Shown here: positions 19,603-28,171 of the stretch, piece after piece
Layout of the letters: every line of letters begins with the position of its first letter
Numbering within the stretch: the stretch's first letter is position 1
Origin: Aigarchaeota archaeon
Lineage (GTDB): Archaea > Thermoproteota > Nitrososphaeria_A > Caldarchaeales > Wolframiiraptoraceae
NCBI GenBank assembly: GCA_025059205.1
Contig: JANXDS010000001.1
Coordinates: 361,582-425,581, forward strand
Direction: 5' to 3'
Length of the DNA: 64,000 nt
Position numbers and translations under genes: made by a program
Notes under the pieces: generated by a model
Told to the model about the DNA's origin: nothing
Seen by the model: the letters and a program-made list of their open reading frames with translations, nothing else
The model's database searches: none

Positions 19603-20376
19603 TCAGAACATAAAGACAAGAACGGCGAAGAGAGAAAGCGATGAGCCAAACATCAGGACCCACACCTTAAAGCTCCATTTTATCACCTTAGCGCCGTCGA
19701 ACGGCTCGAACGGCAATAGGTTAAAGAATGCGATCCACGCGTTGGCAAGGGCTATACCGTAAGTTACGTACCTAGAAAAACCGAGCAAACTCATGATGAG
19801 AAGGGCTATCGACATAATTAGGTTGGACAAAGGCCCTGGGATAGCAACCTTTCCCATCAGATCTTTGTCGATAAAACCAGAAAGATGAACGGCTCCCGGT
19901 GCTATGAACTTGATAGGCAAAAAAGGTACGAGTGAAATCATCGTCAATAATACGCCGGACGCGTTCAACCTAAACTCCGCGTAAATTCCGTACCTTCTAG
20001 CGGACAGCTTATGAGCGAGCTCGTGAACCAAGAAGGAGGCGGCAAAACCGATCGCGAGTAATGAACTTTCCGGCGAAAGGACGTTATAAGCCGTGAAGGA
20101 GTATCCGACGGCCAAGACCAACAAAGTGGCAAGGATGAGCTGGAAAGTCTCAGCCCTCATAAATTCAACACCATACATGCCAAAACTTTTAGGAGGCTTA
20201 TGCTCTAAATTCCGTTTATCAAGACTAAAATCGACCTTCCTGTAGCTGAACGGATATTTAATGGCCGGACAGTCGTGCTGTTCGGGCAACCTATGCTGAC
20301 CACAAAAATATCCGCCGCAGTAGCTACACCTGTACGGAAGTAGTTCTTTTTTACCGCACACCATACAATCCGTCAA
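19603..20376 (-). CDS. AN1-type zinc finger fused to site-2 protease (M50)
   Basis: CxxC..CxxCxxxFCxxHRLPEQHDC; HELAH; NLLPFEPFDG. Confidence 0.85.
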   Translation of the reverse strand: MTDCMVCGKKELLPYRCSYCGGYFCGQHRLPEQHDCPAIKYPFSYRKVDFSLDKRNLEHKPPKSFGMYGVEFMRAETFQLILATLLVLAVGYSFTAYNVLSPESSLLAIGFAASFLVHELAHKLSARRYGIYAEFRLNASGVLLTMISLVPFLPIKFIAPGAVHLSGFIDKDLMGKVAIPGPLSNLIMSIALLIMSLLGFSRYVTYGIALANAWIAFFNLLPFEPFDGAKVIKWSFKVWVLMFGSSLSLFAVLVFMF

Positions 20377-20456
20377 ACCGTCCTCACACCGAGACTTCGT
20401 TTTTACGGTGAAAAGAGGAGCAACCGGGTAATTTCTAATAGCGGGAAGACTTCAGT

Positions 20457-20705
20457 CTACTCCCAGACTATGAGCGTGGTCGTCGACCTGATTCTTTGGA
20501 TGTGTCTTATCCTAGATATCATGGTCCTGAGTTTCTCGTGATCCTCGGCCTCTATTCTAACCACTATGTCGTAAACCCCGTACACCCTACAGGCCTCCTT
20601 TACGTTGGGTATTTGCTTCAACTCGGACAATGTCTCCTCTTCGTATCCGGGCTCTACGCTCAGTAATACGTAAGCTATCTGCATACTATGCTTAGCACGA
20701 AACAT
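20457..20705 (-). CDS. Stand-alone Lrp/AsnC ligand-binding domain
   Basis: AYVLLSVEPG, VYGVYDIVVRIEA, IRSTTTLI; no HTH. Confidence 0.85.
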   Translation of the reverse strand: MFRAKHSMQIAYVLLSVEPGYEEETLSELKQIPNVKEACRVYGVYDIVVRIEAEDHEKLRTMISRIRHIQRIRSTTTLIVWE

Positions 20706-20822
20706 TTAATATAAAAATCTTGCTTAACTTTACCCGCATAATACGGGAAACTATCCGCATTAAATCTGCCGCCCGTGCTTTTAAGGGAAGATTTATGATA
20801 GGCTAATCCGCGTGATCGGTAT

Positions 20823-21335
20823 ATGGTTAAATTAATTGCCGGCTTCATCATGGGTATGGCGACGCTTACCTTAGCGTCTGTCGTCCTATTTACGGGCCAT
20901 AGCCCATCGTGGCCAGAACCCGCGAGCTTCCAACTTTTAGTGCTCTCGGTTTTGCTTCAGGCATATACAGCACTCCTGACACCTTTATTCACGGGCTTTA
21001 TGGGTAGTAGCGAAGGTTTGATGTGCCTCTTAATATGGGCAGCAGCATCCGCAATCTCAGGATTGATAGCCGGGAGACTGTCCGCCTCTATAAAGCTAGC
21101 ACTACTCATACCCTCTTCTACTATACTCTCATGGCTCGGCTTGATAGGTATGGTTTTCATGGACGTTTACGGCCCACAATCCTGGTTGGTTAAAGTAAAC
21201 GTATTCATAGAAGATCTTATACCGCCCCATCCGCTTAACCTCATGATGCCGTATATAGTTGTCTTAGTGTTCTCGGGCATATTCGGCTTTCTATCATCGA
21301 TATTCTTGGCACGTGAGGAGACGGTAGCTGCATGA
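20823..21335 (+). CDS. Hypothetical membrane protein
   Basis: 170-aa hydrophobic ORF with several TM-like stretches; no family recognised. Confidence 0.6.
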   Translation: MVKLIAGFIMGMATLTLASVVLFTGHSPSWPEPASFQLLVLSVLLQAYTALLTPLFTGFMGSSEGLMCLLIWAAASAISGLIAGRLSASIKLALLIPSSTILSWLGLIGMVFMDVYGPQSWLVKVNVFIEDLIPPHPLNLMMPYIVVLVFSGIFGFLSSIFLAREETVAA

Positions 21336-21417
21336 AGTGAAGCTATTATAATAAAAAAAGGAAAAAGGATGTATAATAAAAATATTGAAGGGAGCGCAAG
21401 GGTGCTAGTATCCGGTC

Positions 21418-21522
21418 TTATGCCCCTTCAGCGGGGGCTTCTGGTGCCTTTTCTTCCGTGACAACCTTCTTTGCCTTTTTCTTCTTTTTTGCTTTTGTTT
21501 TCTTTGCCTTCTTCTTTGGCAT
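21418..21522 (-). CDS. Lys-rich 34-aa microprotein MPKKKAKKTKAKKKKKAKKVVTEEKAPEAPAEGA
   Basis: Manual translation of intergenic DNA; varied Lys codons; upstream GAAAAATTTTTATA BRE/TATA-like element. Confidence 0.65.
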   Translation of the reverse strand: MPKKKAKKTKAKKKKKAKKVVTEEKAPEAPAEGA

Positions 21523-21668
21523 GGTTATTCACAATACTTTACACAAATTTATTGTATAAAAATTTTTCGAACTTTTGTAACAATACAACAGCGCATCAGA
21601 CTAAGTATCAAAATAGTTATGCTAAGTAATCTTTTTAAGTGATTTAGAATCTGGATGCTCGAAGCCAA

Positions 21669-21998
21669 TTGTCGCAAGTCGACGTATCAGAGTTTAAGAG
21701 GTTTGACCTTAGAATAGGTTTAGTCGAGCACGCCGAAAGGATAGCGGGGACCGATAGACTCATAAAATTACTTGTTAATTTCGGTCCGTTCAAGAAGAAG
21801 GCGATAACCGGCCTTGGCCACATCTACGAACCAGAACATTTCATCGGCAAGAAGTTCGTGTTCTTAGTAAACCTCAAGCCGAAGACTGTTAGGGGCGAGG
21901 TATCCGAGTGCATGATATTGGCGGCTGTAGAGTCGGAAGACGTCATAGCACCGATAATTCCAGAGAGGGACGTGAAGGTAGGGTCTCAAGTATTATAA
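21669..21998 (+). CDS. tRNA-binding OB-fold protein (Trbp111/CsaA/MetRS C-terminal-like)
   Basis: FKRFDLRIG, DRLIKL, VNLKP, SECMILA. Confidence 0.88.
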   Translation: MSQVDVSEFKRFDLRIGLVEHAERIAGTDRLIKLLVNFGPFKKKAITGLGHIYEPEHFIGKKFVFLVNLKPKTVRGEVSECMILAAVESEDVIAPIIPERDVKVGSQVL

Positions 21999-22051
21999 GC
22001 TTTACCGGAAACTTCAAAATATACCTTAAAACGCTAGAGTTGGTGTCAAAA

Positions 22052-23347
22052 TTGGCCAGAAGGTTACACGTCGCAGAGGTCTTCGAAGCTCCAGAGAACG
22101 AAGAGGTTGAGCTATTTGGCTGGGTTAGGAACAAAAGGGTGCATGGAGGGTTAGTTTTTCTGGAGCTTAGGGACTCCACAGGAACCATCCAAATAACTGT
22201 GAAGCGTGGACTTGTCGATGAAAAAAGCTTCGCGGAAGCCTCAGACGTTACAAGGGAGTCGTCGGTCACACTAACAGGCATTATAAAGAAGGACCCAAGG
22301 GCGCCAGGTGGAAGAGAAATCCAGTGTAGGTCGTTAAAGGTCATCGGTAAATCGATGGCCGAGTTTCCCATAAAGCCTGGTGCCAGCGTTAAGTTCCTGC
22401 TCGACAACAGGCATCTACACATTAGGAGCCCCAAGGTCGTCGCCATAACGAAGATACGCTCCTTGCTGACCGGCCTCCTCCATGAATGGTTTAGGAAGCA
22501 TGGGTTTACCGAAGTCCACTGTCCTACCTTCATAACGGCCGCCGTCGAGGGTGGCGCGACACTCTTTAAGGTGGATTACTTTGGTAGGAACGTTTACTTG
22601 ACCCAGAGTGTTCAATTCTACCAAGAGGCGGCGATATTCGGGTTAGAGAAGGTTTACACGATACAGCCTAGCTTCAGAGCAGAGCTCAGCAGGACTAGGA
22701 GGCATCTAACAGAGTTTTGGCACGTCGAGGCCGAGATGGCCAACGCGACGCTGGAAGACATGATGAGGGTTGTGGAAACGCTCGTTAGCGATACCGTCAA
22801 GGCGCTAGCGGAGTATTCCGAGCCTTACCTCAAGGTCCTAGGCAAGAATATAAACGCTTCAATCGCAGAACCTCCCTATCCTAGGATAAGGTATGCCGAG
22901 GCTTTGGAAATTCTAAGGAAGAAAGGTTTCAACATAGAATGGGGACAGGATTTCGGAGCCGACGAGGAAAGAGAGCTTTCCAAGGAATTCGATAAACCCT
23001 TTTTCGTTACCCATTATCCTAAAGAGGCAAAAGCTTTCTACCACATGCCGGACCCGTCAGACCCAAGGGTTACGCTCAGCGCTGACCTTCTGGCGCCAGG
23101 AGGTTACGGTGAGATAGTCGGCGGCGGTCAAAGGATTCATGATTACGAGCAGCTCGTCTCGAGAATCAAGGAGGCTGGCCTTAACCCCTCGGATTATGAA
23201 TGGTACTTGGATTTGAGGAGGTACGGCTCGATACCACATAGCGGCTTTGGTCTTGGCCTAGAAAGGATGCTTTGGTGGTTGCTTGGTATGGTACACATCA
23301 GGAGCGTTACGCTGTTCCCAAGAACGCCCACGAGGGTTTATCCATGA
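22052..23347 (+). CDS. asnS: Asparagine--tRNA ligase
   Basis: GWVRNKR, LRDSTG, EGGATLF, FRAELSRTRRHLTEFW, GEIVGGGQR, PHSGFGLGLER; start trimmed to in-frame TTG 22052. Confidence 0.9.
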   Translation: MARRLHVAEVFEAPENEEVELFGWVRNKRVHGGLVFLELRDSTGTIQITVKRGLVDEKSFAEASDVTRESSVTLTGIIKKDPRAPGGREIQCRSLKVIGKSMAEFPIKPGASVKFLLDNRHLHIRSPKVVAITKIRSLLTGLLHEWFRKHGFTEVHCPTFITAAVEGGATLFKVDYFGRNVYLTQSVQFYQEAAIFGLEKVYTIQPSFRAELSRTRRHLTEFWHVEAEMANATLEDMMRVVETLVSDTVKALAEYSEPYLKVLGKNINASIAEPPYPRIRYAEALEILRKKGFNIEWGQDFGADEERELSKEFDKPFFVTHYPKEAKAFYHMPDPSDPRVTLSADLLAPGGYGEIVGGGQRIHDYEQLVSRIKEAGLNPSDYEWYLDLRRYGSIPHSGFGLGLERMLWWLLGMVHIRSVTLFPRTPTRVYP

Positions 23348-23910
23348 ATGACGTATATCCGCCTTCAGAGGATACTTTCCTGCTGATAGATAGTATTAAC
23401 GATATGCCCTACGTCAGAAAAGCTTTGGAGGTGGGCTCCGGTAGCGGTGCGGTTTCCGTAGTATTGACTTATAAGGCCGATTATGTGGTGGCAACGGACA
23501 TTGATTTGAACTCTTGTTATGCTACGCTAGAGCGACTCCGCAAACACGACCGAAGGGCAAGCACTGACGTGGTTTGTTGCGACCTCCTCTCGGCCTTTAG
23601 GGGAGGTTCCGGCTTTGACCTTATCGTTTTTAATCCGCCATACCTTCCCGATGAGTGCTTAAAGGATGTTGCAGTATTCGGTGGTAATTCCGGCGTAGAA
23701 ACCTCAGTCGACTTCCTACACCAAGCCCATCATGTGCTTTCACAATCTGGTAGAATCCTATTAGTAACCTCGAGCGTTTCTGACCTGGGGAAGTTATGGA
23801 AGGCAGCCTCGGAGCTAAAACTCAACCACAGAACGCTCAGGTCCGTTAAGCTGTTCTTCGAGGAAATAAATGTGGTGGAGTTTAAGAAAAGCGTAAATAA
23901 AAAAAGTTAG
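23344..23910 (+). CDS. HemK2/PrmC-like methyltransferase
   Basis: VYPPSEDTFLL, EVGSGSG, FNPPY; ATG overlaps the asnS stop (ATGA). Confidence 0.88.
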   Translation: MNDVYPPSEDTFLLIDSINDMPYVRKALEVGSGSGAVSVVLTYKADYVVATDIDLNSCYATLERLRKHDRRASTDVVCCDLLSAFRGGSGFDLIVFNPPYLPDECLKDVAVFGGNSGVETSVDFLHQAHHVLSQSGRILLVTSSVSDLGKLWKAASELKLNHRTLRSVKLFFEEINVVEFKKSVNKKS

Positions 23911-23937
23911 TAACAGAAGATTAATTACTGTTAAGCG

Positions 23938-24072
23938 TTAAAATTCTTCCTCCTCTTCAAACTCTTCCTCTTCAAATTCTTCCTCTTCCTCAAACTCTTC
24001 TTCAAACTCCTCCTCAAACTCTTCTTCGAATTCCTCTTCTTCCTCAACTGATAATATGCTTGGATATGTCAT
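23938..24072 (-). CDS. Acidic 44-aa Glu/Phe-repeat microprotein MTYPSILSVEEEEEFEEEFEEEFEEEFEEEEEFEEEEFEEEEEF
   Basis: Manual translation; GGTGG just upstream of the ATG; mixed GAA/GAG and TTT/TTC codons. Confidence 0.65.
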   Translation of the reverse strand: MTYPSILSVEEEEEFEEEFEEEFEEEFEEEEEFEEEEFEEEEEF

Positions 24073-24312
24073 ATTAACCACCGTTATTGAAAACTACGCC
24101 CACATCTTGTTTTTAAGGTTTGCGGACGTCCGTTGAGGCATAAAGGTCACATATATTTATTTCGTTCGATTTAACCATCTTAACGCTCAATTTTTTTACT
24201 CCATAAATTTCATAAAGATATAAAAATTTGCCGGTAGACGTTAAGGTTATCATGTTGAATAAGAAAGATAGATCCTCATCAATTTCCGTCATGCGGGTTA
24301 TGCATTAGGTGT

Positions 24313-25131
24313 TTGATAATGTTGTGGTATGAGGTTCTTACGCTAATAGCTCTTGGTTTCGGGATAGGCGGATTGGGAACAGTGATTGGGATAGGTGGTG
24401 GTGTGTACCTTGTCCCGACCCTCGTATTGCTATATGGCTTTGAACCCAAAATGGCAGCCGGGACGAGTTTGTTTTTCGTCTTTCTAAACGTTCTGTCCGG
24501 TAGCATCTCGTACCTTAGACTAAGGAGGGTTGATGTTAAGCTTGGGCTCATGTTCATGGTACCCACGATCCCGGGCGCCATTATTGGCGCATACTTCGTA
24601 GGTTATCTCGGTTCCTTCACATTCAGGCTCATCTTTGCAGCCCTTTTGGTTTGGGCATCGGTTTACCTTTTAATTAAACCTACAGGTCATTCTAGTAACG
24701 TTGATAAGACGAATAAGACAAAAGGATATGAAAGGAAGATCGTCGATTCTAACGGTAAGGTCTACGCGTATTCCGTCAACATACCATTAGGACTCGTGAC
24801 GGGCTTCGTCGCAGGCATGGCGTCCAGCATCTTCGGCATAGGCGGAGGTATATTGCACGTACCCATCATGATACACGTACTCGGTATACCCGTCCACGTC
24901 GCTACGGCTACATCGCATTTCATACTCATCTTTACGACGTTGTTCGGCTCCATCACCCATTCTACATTAAACAACATATCGTTCGGGCATGCCATTCTCT
25001 TGGGCTTAGGCGGTATACTGGGCGCTCAGGTAGGTGCGCGCGTATCCGGCCGTATAGGTGACGTGAAAATTAAGAGGCTATTGGGTCTTACACTTCTGAT
25101 TGTCGCTATAAGGCTGGTGCTACAGTTCTGA
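24313..25131 (+). CDS. TauE/SafE (TSUP) family transporter
   Basis: Duplicated GIGGG motifs, AAGTSL, ATATSH, multi-TM. Confidence 0.9.
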   Translation: MIMLWYEVLTLIALGFGIGGLGTVIGIGGGVYLVPTLVLLYGFEPKMAAGTSLFFVFLNVLSGSISYLRLRRVDVKLGLMFMVPTIPGAIIGAYFVGYLGSFTFRLIFAALLVWASVYLLIKPTGHSSNVDKTNKTKGYERKIVDSNGKVYAYSVNIPLGLVTGFVAGMASSIFGIGGGILHVPIMIHVLGIPVHVATATSHFILIFTTLFGSITHSTLNNISFGHAILLGLGGILGAQVGARVSGRIGDVKIKRLLGLTLLIVAIRLVLQF

Positions 25132-25175
25132 CGGGTATTGAGCTAATCTATCGAAGAGAACAAATAGGATCTAAC

Positions 25176-25302
25176 TGGGGGCGGCCGGATTCGAACCGGC
25201 GATCTCCGGGTTTCTGCACCCTCAAACTGCTTCATAGAGATCTGGAGCCCGGCGCCGTAGACCTTGCTCCCCGGAGAATCTGCTCCTCTGGGCCACGCCC
25301 CC
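25176..25302 (-). tRNA. tRNA-Trp(CCA) with two introns (about 15/16, 21 nt; 37/38, 30 nt)
   Basis: Acceptor GGGGGCG/CGCCCCC+A; T arm GCCGG-TTCGAAT-CCGGC; anticodon stem CCGGG/CCCGG; removing both inserts gives a 76-nt cloverleaf. Confidence 0.88.
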
Positions 25303-25391
25303 CGATTGAGCTTTTACCTAACGCGCTTATAAATTATTTTTTGTGACCGAACGGTAAAGCTAATAATTTTCAGCTCTGTCAATTTATGGTG

Positions 25392-25465
25392 GCCTCGGTA
25401 GCCTAGCCGGGTGGGGCGCCGGCTTGGTAAGCCGGCGGTCGCGGGTTCGAATCCCGCCCGAGGCT
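25392..25465 (+). tRNA. tRNA-Thr(GGT)
   Basis: GCCTCGG/CCGAGGC acceptor; CCGGC-TTGGTAA-GCCGG; GCGGG-TTCGAAT-CCCGC. Confidence 0.95.
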
Positions 25466-25667
25466 TTCAATAATGGAATTGAGGAACGTTTTTCGCTGGA
25501 GCTCATAGAACACCTAGCAAAAGGTGTAACCAGCGAAGATTAGAAGAATAAGACAGCCCAATTCCCGGATTCGAATCTAAGAAGAACTAAACTCCTTCAG
25601 AACTCTCCGTTTGTTTCGGCTAAGCGGTTGATGCTTAGGCTTTAAAGATCATCACAAAAAACCATGA

Positions 25668-26459
25668 TTATTCCGGGGTTATCTCAAATTCACAGTATGG
25701 GTCTCCCTTCGCTATGCATTTCAACTCTTCGGCCTTCATTTGTTTGCCGAAAAGTTGAGCTATAAAGCCTGCGAATACTCCGCGGACGAAGTTGCTGTAG
25801 GGCTTTTTACTTCCTATACCTAACTCGCATTCGAAATTTTCATACGCTCTTATAATAAGTCGACAAAAAGCGGGACTGGCCTCGACGATTTCTAGTTTAC
25901 CGAGGCCTATGCTTGCATATGTGGGCACTCCCAGCTTGTGAATTATTTGTATTGGATCTTTTATTCCCAACCTAGAAGCAAGATCCTGGTGTACTCTTCC
26001 GTACCTTATACCTGCTTGATATCCAGTGTGATACAAGAACGCCTCGCCGGCCGTTCCAAACCGTTCCCTTATCCCAACGATGAACCCCTCGTAGCCAGGT
26101 CTTCGCAATATTATGGCTCTCTCACCGGCTAAGAGGAGCCTGACCGAGAGGTCGTCTGCCACAAAACCCTCAGTAGTTGGATGAATGATCCGCACGCTTT
26201 TAACGCCTTTAATGCTACGTATTTTTTCGGCGAACTCATCTATGGAAATGTTTGCATCAGTTAAGTCTACGAACCCCAACCCGATGATTTTTCCGCCCTC
26301 GACTAAGTTATACTGTATCGTTGGAACCAAAACTTTGTGCTTAAGCCCTAAATCCGAAATTTCCTTCAAGACCATCGGATCAAGTTCTGCCACGACCAGT
26401 ATGCCAAAAACTTTCCTTCCTGGAAGGAAAAGAAACCTGCCTATGTTGAAACCATTCAT
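25668..26459 (-). CDS. ACT-like + V4R domain protein
   Basis: C-terminal FECELG...FVRGVFAG...CIAKGDPYCEF; N-terminal alpha/beta ACT-like region. Confidence 0.8.
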   Translation of the reverse strand: MNGFNIGRFLFLPGRKVFGILVVAELDPMVLKEISDLGLKHKVLVPTIQYNLVEGGKIIGLGFVDLTDANISIDEFAEKIRSIKGVKSVRIIHPTTEGFVADDLSVRLLLAGERAIILRRPGYEGFIVGIRERFGTAGEAFLYHTGYQAGIRYGRVHQDLASRLGIKDPIQIIHKLGVPTYASIGLGKLEIVEASPAFCRLIIRAYENFECELGIGSKKPYSNFVRGVFAGFIAQLFGKQMKAEELKCIAKGDPYCEFEITPE

Positions 26460-26548
26460 GGTGAAATGCCCCTAAAATTAGGGATTTCTTTTCATTTCAT
26501 GATTTAAATTTTTCTATGATGGGTAACGAATCCTAGCACCACGAGAAA

Positions 26549-26562
26549 AAATTGGTGCGGGG
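26549..26562 (-). repeat. Copy of tRNA-Leu 3' end (att-like direct repeat)
   Basis: AAATTGGTGCGGGG is identical to 28042-28055, followed by a degenerate match toward the T arm. Confidence 0.65.
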
Positions 26563-26669
26563 TAGGTTTCAGCATTAATTTACTGGTAGAATTGTTTTTG
26601 TGTATGTGCGACAAGTGAAAGTTAAATTCATAAGACATTTAAGGTCTTTTAATGGTTATGTGGTGACAC

Positions 26670-27749
26670 TTGAAGATTCTGGTTCGTAATCACGGGTCAA
26701 GGAAATGGAAGTTTGCTAAAGCTATCACGGCTCAGGTTGAGTCTGAGCTGCAAAAGTTGCTTGTAGAATCACCATCCCTAATAGCGATTGACGAGATCAG
26801 AGAGGGGGCTGCCCCATTAGTGTTTGCCGTGAGCGAGTTTGGTTTGCCTGGGTCAGGCGCCACTGACGTTTTGGCTTTTAGCCCCCGAGGTGACATAGCG
26901 ATAATAGAATGTAAACTTGCAGCAAACCCTGAGGTTAAGCGGAAGGTAATTGGGCAGATTTTTGAGTATGCCGCGTATCTTTGGGGAATGAGCTACGAAG
27001 AGTTCGACAGCCGTATCCAAAGATTGAAGGAAAAAAGTCTCGCAGATCTCGTGGCTGAGTCCGTGGAAGGAGAATGGGATGAAGAACAATTTAGAGAGGG
27101 TGTCAGAGAAACATTAGAAACTGGTTCTTTTATTCTCGTGATAGTAGTGGACGAAATAAATGAGGAATTAAGGCGGATAATTAGATACTTGAATGAGTGT
27201 AGCAAATCCGCTTTTTCTTTACATGCCTTAGAAATGAAAAGGTTTCAAGTCGATCAACTTGAAATTTTGGTGCCATATCTATACGGTGTTTCGACGAAAC
27301 CCTCAACTTCTCAGGGAAGAGGACAATGGACTGAGGGACAATTCTTCCAAGCTCTAGAGGAGGAAAACGAGCCTAATATTGTAACTTTGGTTAGAGACAT
27401 ATATCAGTGGAGTTTAGAAACGGCTGACAGAATATGGTTCGGCACAGGCAGAGAGGTTGGATCCTTCACATTCCATTATCTCAAAGATGGAAAAACCATC
27501 TCGGTGTTCACAATATACACAAATGGCAAACTTACATTGAACTATGGCTGGTTGAAAAATCAAATTCCTGAGAAAACTCTCAGAGAATTCCATCAGAAGA
27601 TACACGAAATCTCAACACTACAACACATCCCCGCTGATTTTTCAAAGTGGCCGTCCATAAAAGTTGAAGCGTTAATAGAGACACAAAATCTAGAGAAATT
27701 CAAAAATGCGGTTCAATGGTTAAAGATGCAAATCAAACTGCAAATGTAA
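26670..27749 (+). CDS. PD-(D/E)xK nuclease (NucS/Mrr-like) with additional C-terminal domain
   Basis: ESELQKLL, TDVLAF, IIECK, IGQIFEY. Confidence 0.75.
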   Translation: MKILVRNHGSRKWKFAKAITAQVESELQKLLVESPSLIAIDEIREGAAPLVFAVSEFGLPGSGATDVLAFSPRGDIAIIECKLAANPEVKRKVIGQIFEYAAYLWGMSYEEFDSRIQRLKEKSLADLVAESVEGEWDEEQFREGVRETLETGSFILVIVVDEINEELRRIIRYLNECSKSAFSLHALEMKRFQVDQLEILVPYLYGVSTKPSTSQGRGQWTEGQFFQALEEENEPNIVTLVRDIYQWSLETADRIWFGTGREVGSFTFHYLKDGKTISVFTIYTNGKLTLNYGWLKNQIPEKTLREFHQKIHEISTLQHIPADFSKWPSIKVEALIETQNLEKFKNAVQWLKMQIKLQM

Positions 27750-28045
27750 ACTACATGTGCCTAAAAAGCATTTTAGTATGATCTCTTAAAAGAACATTTT
27801 TTTAATGCTACTTTTTCATGTGCCATGAACCGTGCGAGAAACTGCCCAAAAAGTTTTAGACTATATTAAGTGGGGAGAAACAGAGTGCCGAACAATGATA
27901 AGAGGCACAAGGGGCGGCGGAAAAATTTGCAGCCAAGCCAGAGAGAAAAAGAAAGACCTCTTCTATGGATGGTATGACCTCGATGGAGTAGAAAAAGCAC
28001 CAACAAAATAAACAATGATCAAGTGTTTATAATTTACTAGCAAAT

Positions 28046-28133
28046 TGGTGCGGGGGGTGGGATTTGAACCCACGAACCCCTACGGGACAGGGTCCTAAGC
28101 CCTGCGCCGTTGACCAGGCTTGGCAACCCCCGC
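28046..28133 (-). tRNA. tRNA-Leu(TAG), CCA encoded
   Basis: GCGGGGG/CCCCCGC-A-CCA; CAGGG-CTTAGGA-CCCTG; long variable arm; GTGGG-TTCAAAT-CCCAC. Confidence 0.95.
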
Positions 28134-28171
28134 CCTTCTTTCAGAGATTCATAGGTCTAAATTAAGGGTTT

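Larger units (their letters stand above)
26549..28055. mobile_element. About 1.5-kb tRNA-Leu-anchored genomic islet without an integrase
   Basis: Flanking 14-bp direct repeats; visibly AT-richer DNA; single nuclease cargo gene. Confidence 0.55.

Noticed and set aside
21908-22051. N-terminal extension of the asnS ORF
   Set aside because: Overlaps the upstream tRNA-binding gene and has no AsnRS similarity; TTG 22052 gives a normal length.
23938-24045. CTT/CTC-rich periodic tract as a CRISPR array or microsatellite
   Set aside because: No repeat-spacer structure; explained by Glu/Phe codons on the minus strand. No CRISPR array was seen in the window.
25212-25241. tRNA-Trp intron as a box C/D guide (as in Haloferax)
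   Set aside because: Only 30 nt; ATGAAG and TTGA could form at most a k-loop, with no room for guides.
25565-25575. CCGGATTCGAA, matching the tRNA-Trp T arm (25185-25195)
   Set aside because: Only 11 nt and on the upstream side of tRNA-Trp, the wrong side for an att repeat.
27832-28011. 59-codon ORF next to tRNA-Leu, possibly an integrase fragment
   Set aside because: No tyrosine-recombinase motif recognisable; may be a remnant but is unsupported.
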